Of a stretch of 54,644 nucleotides of DNA, positions 25,563-31,677 are shown in pieces. A program made the position numbers and the translations under genes. This DNA comes from a virus (Duplodnaviria; Caudoviricetes): positions 1 through 54,644 of the IMG/VR virus record IMGVR_UViG_3300032268_001435; one strand, 5' to 3'. Position 1 is the stretch's first letter. The number at the start of each line of letters is the position of its first letter. The notes beneath the pieces are model-generated. The model had not been told where the DNA came from and searched no databases. It saw only the letters and a program-made list of their open reading frames with translations.

Positions 25563-25847
25563 ATGAAGACGACCTACTTCCTCGGAGTCAAGGCCCACAA
25601 GGCAGCCCCCACCAAGAAGCACGTCCCGGCGGTCTGGGAGTGCATGCTGGGAACTGTCTACGCTCAGAATGCACAGGGCAACACCCAGTACTTCGACTAC
25701 GAGCACGAGGCAGCCCGGGCCTTCGCGGGCGTGGACCTCGAGGGCGCGGATATCCGGCTTGCACGGGCCAAGCGACGAATGACCGACATCCGACCTGGGC
25801 AGCTGGTCCTCTGGATTCGGCGTCCCGTGCAATCGACGGGCGCCTGA
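25563..25847 (+). CDS. leaderless small protein
   Basis: TATATT-AGGACC-ATG; 3' end overlaps the next promoter. Confidence 0.8.
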   Translation: MKTTYFLGVKAHKAAPTKKHVPAVWECMLGTVYAQNAQGNTQYFDYEHEAARAFAGVDLEGADIRLARAKRRMTDIRPGQLVLWIRRPVQSTGA

Positions 25848-25861
25848 GGTATATTAGGACC

Positions 25862-26020
25862 ATGAAGAACGACAAGCGCAACCGCCGCCGCACCGAGCGG
25901 CTCCTCAGCACCCGCGACACGGGCGGTGAGTTCCTCACGGAGTTCGCGACCGAGGTGGTGATTCCGTGCGGCGTCGCCGCCGTCGGCGCTGTGCTCGGTC
26001 TGCTCACGTTCTTCCTCTGA
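25862..26020 (+). CDS. leaderless 52-aa tail-anchored peptide
   Basis: TATATT-AGGACC-ATG; C-terminal hydrophobic helix. Confidence 0.7.
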   Translation: MKNDKRNRRRTERLLSTRDTGGEFLTEFATEVVIPCGVAAVGAVLGLLTFFL

Positions 26021-26129
26021 GCTCCCTGGAGACCCTCCGCGACACTGGGTCTGCGGAATGGGTTTCCACCCGGTCGCAGGGGCCCGAATCGCTCTGTGTG
26101 TCACAGGGAAGCACGGGCGGGGCTCCCAT

Positions 26130-26213
26130 TAGTGTCACGATTAGCGTGAGAAATAGTGTCACAAATAGCTCGAGAAAAAGTGTCACAAATAGCTCGAGAA
26201 TTAGTGAGAGAAA
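26130..26213 (+). repeat. 12-bp tandem repeat array C
   Basis: 7 in-phase units alternating GTGTCAC and GAGAAA types, just before the -35 at 26227. Confidence 0.88.
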
Positions 26214-26261
26214 GTTCGAGTCACTAGTGCAATTCTGGGAGTCTTGGGGTATATTAGGACC

Positions 26262-26579
26262 ATGAAGAACATCATCCAGCACTTCTCCTCCCTCCAGGAC
26301 CTCGACCTCACCATCGAGAATGACTTCGATGGAAATCGGGACTTCTGGGATTTTGCACGGGAAACCCTCAACACCTCCCTGGAAAACCTCAAGTTCATCG
26401 ACTCAGACACCCTGGAGGATATCACCGGAGAGACTGACCTCCCCTTCATCCCCAACACCACCACCCTCAACTTCAACACCTCCCAGGAAAGTGGGACTTA
26501 CCAACTCGGAACCCTCCTGGGAGTTAACTGTCTCATGACCAACACCTTCGGACTCAACACCTACATCATCTCCAACTGA
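26262..26579 (+). CDS. leaderless acidic T/N/D-rich protein
   Basis: TATATT-AGGACC-ATG. Confidence 0.8.
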   Translation: MKNIIQHFSSLQDLDLTIENDFDGNRDFWDFARETLNTSLENLKFIDSDTLEDITGETDLPFIPNTTTLNFNTSQESGTYQLGTLLGVNCLMTNTFGLNTYIISN

Positions 26580-26645
26580 AAAACTAAAACCCAAAAAGAA
26601 CGGGGCCCCAGTGCAAGCTGGGGCCCTGTGGGCTATACTGGGAAC

Positions 26646-26888
26646 ATGAACACCAACAAGACACGCGTGGCACTCCTCTTCAGCGACGCCACCTTCGGAA
26701 CCCACGAGTACGGGTTCATCACCCGGTGGCCGGGCATGGACCCCGACGACGAGGACGTGCTCTACCAGCGGCACCTGCGGAGCCTGGATGTGGTCGCCCG
26801 GGTGGTCGAGGGCACCGTCAAGGTGATGCACGACGACTGCGACAACCGCGGCGGCGCCTGCACGGACTGCCGCACGACCGCCTGGTGA
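26646..26888 (+). CDS. leaderless small protein with C-terminal Cys cluster
   Basis: TATACT-GGGAAC-ATG; HDDC..CTDC. Confidence 0.75.
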   Translation: MNTNKTRVALLFSDATFGTHEYGFITRWPGMDPDDEDVLYQRHLRSLDVVARVVEGTVKVMHDDCDNRGGACTDCRTTAW

Positions 26889-27101
26889 GTCCTGGGCTCA
26901 GAGCCGGGCAGCTGCTGTGGGGGTGAGCTCAGAGCGCCGCCAGCACTGCCCGGTCGACTGCGCTGTGATAACGCACCCGGGGACGCGTGGGCGGCACGAA
27001 TCAGCCGCGCCGCGGGGACAGCGCAGGGCAGCAGCAGTCGCGGCCGCCTCGGCTCGGATCCGGGATGGCGGTCACGGCCGCCTGCGCGCCCTAGGTTCAC
27101 C

Positions 27102-27131
27102 AGCGTAACACCAGCCGCCCACGTGTTGCAC
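27102..27131 (-). promoter_or_regulatory. reverse-strand copy of the early promoter
   Basis: CCCGTGCAA-N18-TACGCT on the minus strand, back-to-back with promoter 27165. Confidence 0.55.
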
Positions 27132-27199
27132 GGGACAAGCGCACAAAAAAAGTGCAGGGCACGCGTGCAACCCGGACGCAGTTGGGGTAGATTAGGACC

Positions 27200-27511
27200 A
27201 TGAAGAACACCAAGACCTGGACGCGAAGCGACATCGATGCTCTCCTCGTGAGCAACTCCCGTGCAGTGGAGAGGGCAATGGTCGTCCTCTACGACCTCCA
27301 GACCCAGGACGAGAAGGCCGCCCCCGCCGCTCGGCACCTCAACGGCCGCGGCTTCAGCGCGAACGCAGCCCGGAAGGGCACCTACTACGCCCGCTGGGTC
27401 CTCGGAGGTCGGCACCTCACCGGACACCACCTCGACCGGGCGCAGGCGATCGCCCTTCGGCACAGCCGGCAGCTCGTGGAGGCGGCCAACGCCCGTACCG
27501 CGGAGGCCTGA
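27200..27511 (+). CDS. leaderless phage protein
   Basis: TAGATT-AGGACC-ATG; AVERA..LY..QT.DE..NGRGFS. Confidence 0.85.
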   Translation: MKNTKTWTRSDIDALLVSNSRAVERAMVVLYDLQTQDEKAAPAARHLNGRGFSANAARKGTYYARWVLGGRHLTGHHLDRAQAIALRHSRQLVEAANARTAEA

Positions 27512-27565
27512 AAAAAAGTTCGCAGGTCACGTGCAAAACACCCACACCTGAGGTAGATTAGGACC

Positions 27566-28009
27566 ATGAAGAACACCAAGCAGCTCAACGTCACGAAGAC
27601 CCCCATCGACATCAAGCGCCGCCTGGACCTCGCGATCCGGCACCTGACCGAGACGGTGGCCCTCCTCGGCTCCCTCGACCAGACGTCCTTCCCGCCCGGC
27701 TACCTCCACGAGGCGGCCTCCCTCTCGGACCTCGCCCTCGCGTCCGTCCTCACGCTGGACACCGTCCGCCCCCGCAAGAAGACCGAGCGCAGCCCGGTCG
27801 TCGAGGCTCCCGTCACCGGGGACGCCCCCGACCTCGCTGGTCCGACGGAAGGGTTCGACACGAGCTTCGACTTCGGTGCAAATGTCGTCGAGGCAGAGGT
27901 CGAGGCCCAGCCCGAGCCGGCCCCCTCGGTCGAGGAGCTCCGCCGGGTCCGCAAGCGCGAGCGTGACCGGGCGTCGGCCGCCCGCCGCCGCGCGGCCGCG
28001 GCCGCCTAA
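27566..28009 (+). CDS. leaderless paralog family member 3
   Basis: TAGATT-AGGACC-ATG; PIDIKRR..SLDQ. Confidence 0.8.
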   Translation: MKNTKQLNVTKTPIDIKRRLDLAIRHLTETVALLGSLDQTSFPPGYLHEAASLSDLALASVLTLDTVRPRKKTERSPVVEAPVTGDAPDLAGPTEGFDTSFDFGANVVEAEVEAQPEPAPSVEELRRVRKRERDRASAARRRAAAAA

Positions 28010-28092
28010 AAAGTGCTCCGGGCGGTGCAAGCCGCCCGTGCGCGGGGTACATTAAGAGGGTAGGCAACAACAGAACAGCGGAGAAAAAAGGG

Positions 28093-28359
28093 ATGAGCAC
28101 GATCAGCACCACCGAGACCGCAGTCCTTCGAACCCTGAGCGACACTTTTGGCTACGTGGGCGTGGGCGGCCTCACAGAGGACAGGCTCCTCTCGTGCTTC
28201 GAGTACATCGACCGGCCTACCCTCCGGGCGACCCTCTACGCGCTCCTGGACAGGGGACTCGTCGAGGCGGCCGACGCCGACTGGGGCGACACCCAGGGGG
28301 TCAAGACGTGGCGGGCCTCGGCCGCCGGGGGTCGGGCCGTGGGCCACAGGCGGTGGTGA
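28093..28359 (+). CDS. winged-helix DNA-binding protein (putative)
   Basis: ETAVLRTL..LTEDRL..IDRPTLRATLYALLDRGLVE..KTWR. Confidence 0.65.
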   Translation: MSTISTTETAVLRTLSDTFGYVGVGGLTEDRLLSCFEYIDRPTLRATLYALLDRGLVEAADADWGDTQGVKTWRASAAGGRAVGHRRW

Positions 28360-28860
28360 GGCGGGGCCCCCCTGGGGCCCAGCACAGGGGGCCCTGCCAG
28401 GGGGCTCTCAGAGGGGGCCCAAAAAGGGCGCCCTAGAGGGGGGCCCGCGGGGGCCCCCTGCATACTCAGTCCGGGGGCCTGTCGGGGGTGGCCTTAGTCT
28501 ACTCTCCCCCTCTCTCTTCCGGAGAACTTTTTACTTTTTGTTAACTGTTTACTACGACACGCTATTAACAAAAAAGCTGCACCGAGTAAAAAGGTAAGGG
28601 GCCCAATTTTCCCGTCTCTCTTCTCCGGAAATTTTTGAGGCGGTTAGTCACACTGACCTCCGGAAATTTTTGAGGTGGGAGGATGGGGTGAATTGGGGAG
28701 TGTTGGGGTAGATCGGGATGTTGGATCTTCCTAGACCCAGTAGGATGGGGAGGGGCGGTCGTATGATTGGATACATGGGGAGGCCTGTGGGAGTGTCGCT
28801 GCGTGTCACCCAGGGTCACGGACGGGGCACGACGTGGGTGTCGAGGTGGTCTCAAAGAGC
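28360..28860. other. long non-coding region at the right edge of the cassette array
   Basis: Periodic GGGGCCC runs at 28360-28460; 18-bp direct repeat CTCCGGAAATTTTTGAGG at 28623 and 28658; G-tracts at 28672-28760. Confidence 0.6.
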
Positions 28861-28905
28861 CTAAGGAGAATGTACAGATCAACGCTGGTTTTTATATTTC
28901 TCAAC

Positions 28906-29481
28906 ATGGGAAAACACGCAAGCCTTCCTCACCACCTGTATGTTAATGTGAAGAATGAGTTCCTCGGGCCCCGAATGCCGCCTGGAGTCACCTCAGGCCT
29001 GTGGCACGGGGTCTTTGCCCGGATGGGGCAGGTGATCACCTGCCATGTGATCCTCGAGTCCGGGGCCCACTGGTCCGGCTTGCCCCTGCATGCACTGAGC
29101 GTGACTGATGACTTCCACCTCGGGCCCAGGGACCTAATGCCCTGGTTCGCGATGGGCGAGCGCCTCGAGGCCTGGGATGCTGGGTACCTGGAGGGGCTCG
29201 CGGTGTGGGCACGTGCGCCCCTCGACGGGGCGGGCCGACACACCGGGATCGTGCTCGATTGGTCAGACGGCTTCTCTCGCTATCCGCAAGAGCATAAGCC
29301 GCTCTCGCTGCTCGCCCTCGATTCCGGGCAGTTCGCGCTGCTGCCGAACAACCACTTCACTGTCACGGACCCACACTTCACCCGAGATGCTGCCCGTGGG
29401 AACATGCACCTCTACCGGAGGGGAGAGGAAGTTTGGTGGGAGGGGAGTGCGACTCCCTGTGTGACGCCGACCGATGAATGA
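28906..29481 (+). CDS. hypothetical phage protein
   Basis: ATG 7 nt after TATATT; ESGAHWSGLPLHAL and QEHK..GQFALLPNN. Confidence 0.75.
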   Translation: MGKHASLPHHLYVNVKNEFLGPRMPPGVTSGLWHGVFARMGQVITCHVILESGAHWSGLPLHALSVTDDFHLGPRDLMPWFAMGERLEAWDAGYLEGLAVWARAPLDGAGRHTGIVLDWSDGFSRYPQEHKPLSLLALDSGQFALLPNNHFTVTDPHFTRDAARGNMHLYRRGEEVWWEGSATPCVTPTDE

Positions 29482-29690
29482 TGGTCACATGGGTCACCCA
29501 GTGACACACCGAGGGACCGGACGGGCCTGTTTGGGTTACCAGGGGTCCCACGATCGCAGTGTCACCTCGTGTCACCCAGAGGCGGCGGCCAGGGTCCCTA
29601 TCATCTGATTCGACGGACGTCGCCGCGGTCTCCGATCTGGGCGTATACCTATCATCATGGGCCCTTTGACAACCGGGCCGAGGAGATCGA

Positions 29691-30068
29691 ATGACACAGC
29701 CAGAAGTGGGCGCACCAGCCCCCGTCCGCAAGTCCACAGTGTTAGGCCCGGCGCCTGTGAAGCCGCGCGTGCTGACGCACGCGCCCCCAGCCCCACGCGG
29801 CAGAAGGGCGAAACTCCGCGACGCAGCCGCGATGTTCTGCATTCAGGTGGTTGCCTACCTCCTCGCCACACTGAACTTTCGGGTCGTGCAGACCGGCAGC
29901 TACGCGGGCGTCGCAGTCACAGACGCGCTCCTCGCGACATTTGGCTTTCTCGTCGTGCGGCGTGTCGCCCGCTCCGAGGAGGCGTGGCACCTGTGGCTCG
30001 GCTACATGCTGGGCGGTGTGGTGGGAGGCGTCCTGGGGCTCGCCCTCTCCCTTTGGATTGGGACCTGA
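29691..30068 (+). CDS. membrane protein
   Basis: GAGGAG SD; about three hydrophobic helices. Confidence 0.7.
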   Translation: MTQPEVGAPAPVRKSTVLGPAPVKPRVLTHAPPAPRGRRAKLRDAAAMFCIQVVAYLLATLNFRVVQTGSYAGVAVTDALLATFGFLVVRRVARSEEAWHLWLGYMLGGVVGGVLGLALSLWIGT

Positions 30069-30077
30069 TGCACTGCA

Positions 30078-30329
30078 ATGGAGCCCCGTGACCTCACCGG
30101 GCGCCTCGTGCGCCCCCGAATTGAGTCGAAGCTGAGGCTCCGGGTCGACGACGCGCTGCCCGAGTTCGCCACGTTCTGGGCGGGTCGGTCCCACGAGCCT
30201 ATCGCCGTCCCCTGGGACTCTCTTGGGATTGTGCTGGGACCCTCACCCGACGTCCGCTGCTACTGGCACGTCGCGTTCGGGGACACGATCGCGCTCGCCA
30301 AGCGGTCAGACCTCGAGCCCATTGGGTGA
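30078..30329 (+). CDS. SH3-like protein, paralog of 30375
   Basis: GRLVRP..AVPWDSLGIV. Confidence 0.75.
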   Translation: MEPRDLTGRLVRPRIESKLRLRVDDALPEFATFWAGRSHEPIAVPWDSLGIVLGPSPDVRCYWHVAFGDTIALAKRSDLEPIG

Positions 30330-30374
30330 GCTTGATCCGTGCAAATTCTGCGTTGACAGTGTATAATTGATCAT

Positions 30375-30635
30375 ATGGAAGGAAATGACGTGATTGAGAT
30401 CGGCTCCCTCGTGCGTCCTCGTAGGGATCACTACACGAGCATAGGGCAGACGTCTCCCGAGGTCTGCGTGCTGTGGCGGGAGACCCCGCACGAGAGGCCA
30501 TCAGGCCGTGACCTCGTGGCTGTCCCCTGGGACTCCCTCGGGATCGTTGTGGGGATTCGGGGTGGCATTGTGATTGTCAACTTTCCCGTGGGCCTCCTTC
30601 GGGCGACCCGGTCCGGGCTCGAGGTCGCATCGTGA
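30375..30635 (+). CDS. SH3-like protein, paralog of 30078
   Basis: GSLVRP..AVPWDSLGIV; TATAAT-N7-ATG. Confidence 0.75.
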   Translation: MEGNDVIEIGSLVRPRRDHYTSIGQTSPEVCVLWRETPHERPSGRDLVAVPWDSLGIVVGIRGGIVIVNFPVGLLRATRSGLEVAS

Positions 30636-30910
30636 GCCCCGGTGACCTCCTCGTGGTGGATGCCTCCCGAAAGGGCACGCAGTCCGAAGTCTGGCTCGTG
30701 CTCGACGGGTCGGGCTTTTACACCGTCGCCCGGGAGGGCGATCTGCTCCTCCACACGGGCACTCGGCCCGACGGGTCCGACTTCCTTGCCGGGACGGGGC
30801 TCCGCCTGTGGTGCTTCATGCTCCGAGGCCAGCCGTGTCACCTCGCGGATCGCGAGCTCGAGCACGTGCGGAGGTCTCTTCGAATCCTGTCCCGTGCGGA
30901 GGCCGCCTGA
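30632..30910 (+). CDS. SH3-like protein
   Basis: MSPGDLLVV; coupled start. Confidence 0.65.
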   Translation: MSPGDLLVVDASRKGTQSEVWLVLDGSGFYTVAREGDLLLHTGTRPDGSDFLAGTGLRLWCFMLRGQPCHLADRELEHVRRSLRILSRAEAA

Positions 30911-31260
30911 TGTCGGGTAAAAAGAAGCGGGGCGGCGCCGTGGGTCCACCGCCCGTGATCGAGCCCCGTCACCCGATCCGTGTGGGTTGTGTCTACGAGA
31001 TCACCCACTTCGGCCCGGGAGCCAGAATTGAGCTCTTCGACCCATCTGTGCCTGGGTGGATGGGCATGGCTGACGGCTCCCGGACTGTGGGCCACCTGGT
31101 GACCGGGGACACGTTCATCGCGGTGGATCGCGTTGAGACGCTCCACGGTGAGACGGACGAGCTCTGGATCGTCCTGTGCCGTGGGATCCTGGGCAAGTGC
31201 CTCCTCGCTGAGTTCGACCTCGCGTCGATCCGGCCCGTGGGCGAGGGGTCCGAGGAGTGA
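30910..31260 (+). CDS. hypothetical (SH3-like) protein
   Basis: TGATG coupling, GGAGG SD. Confidence 0.65.
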   Translation: MSGKKKRGGAVGPPPVIEPRHPIRVGCVYEITHFGPGARIELFDPSVPGWMGMADGSRTVGHLVTGDTFIAVDRVETLHGETDELWIVLCRGILGKCLLAEFDLASIRPVGEGSEE

Positions 31261-31520
31261 CCAGGATGTTTCCGCGTGGGACCTGGGTGGTGCACACGCG
31301 CAGTGACCTGTGGCAGGCGATGGAGCTGGGCACTGTGGTGAGGTACTCCAGCGGCGTGAAGGGTGGGAGGTACGTCCACATTCCACCGGAGCTTCCCGGC
31401 ATCTTCCTCGGGCCTCTCATCGATCGACCCGTACGCGGGCGCCGAAAGAACAGCCTCGTCCGCGTGCTCTGGATGGGGTGCGTCTTCCTGTGCAACCTGT
31501 CGGACCTGAGGCGGATGTGA
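31257..31520 (+). CDS. SH3-like protein
   Basis: FPRGTWVV..PGIFLG..VRVLW. Confidence 0.65.
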   Translation: MTRMFPRGTWVVHTRSDLWQAMELGTVVRYSSGVKGGRYVHIPPELPGIFLGPLIDRPVRGRRKNSLVRVLWMGCVFLCNLSDLRRM

Positions 31521-31677
31521 AGGGTCGCCTCGGCCCTTACATGTGTCCCTGTGGTCGAGATCGACGAGGGGTCGCAGGGCAATTTGCCCTGCGATGCGAG
31601 TCGAAATCTCGCACAGTCTCTCAGAGAATTTTCTCGCATCGTGTGTATAATTGTCATCTGATTACATGGAGGTCTCA

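Larger units (their letters stand above)
4750..30367 (+). promoter_or_regulatory. dispersed family of 33 early-type promoters (A-tract..GTG(C/T)AA-N17/18-TANNNT, usually TGNGG before the -10)
   Basis: -35 starts at 4750, 5419, 6292, 6530, 7648, 8331, 9692, 10219, 13088, 17518, 17902, 19410, 20036, 20335, 21546, 21814, 21955, 22910, 23208, 23476, 23699, 24036, 24277, 24609, 24978, 25528, 25827, 26227, 26611, 27165, 27531, 28025 and 30339; spacing counted by hand. Confidence 0.88.

Noticed and set aside
20036-28053. Integron with attC sites
   Set aside because: No integrase and no RYYYAAC..GTTRRRY palindromic attC; the repeat is promoter-shaped.
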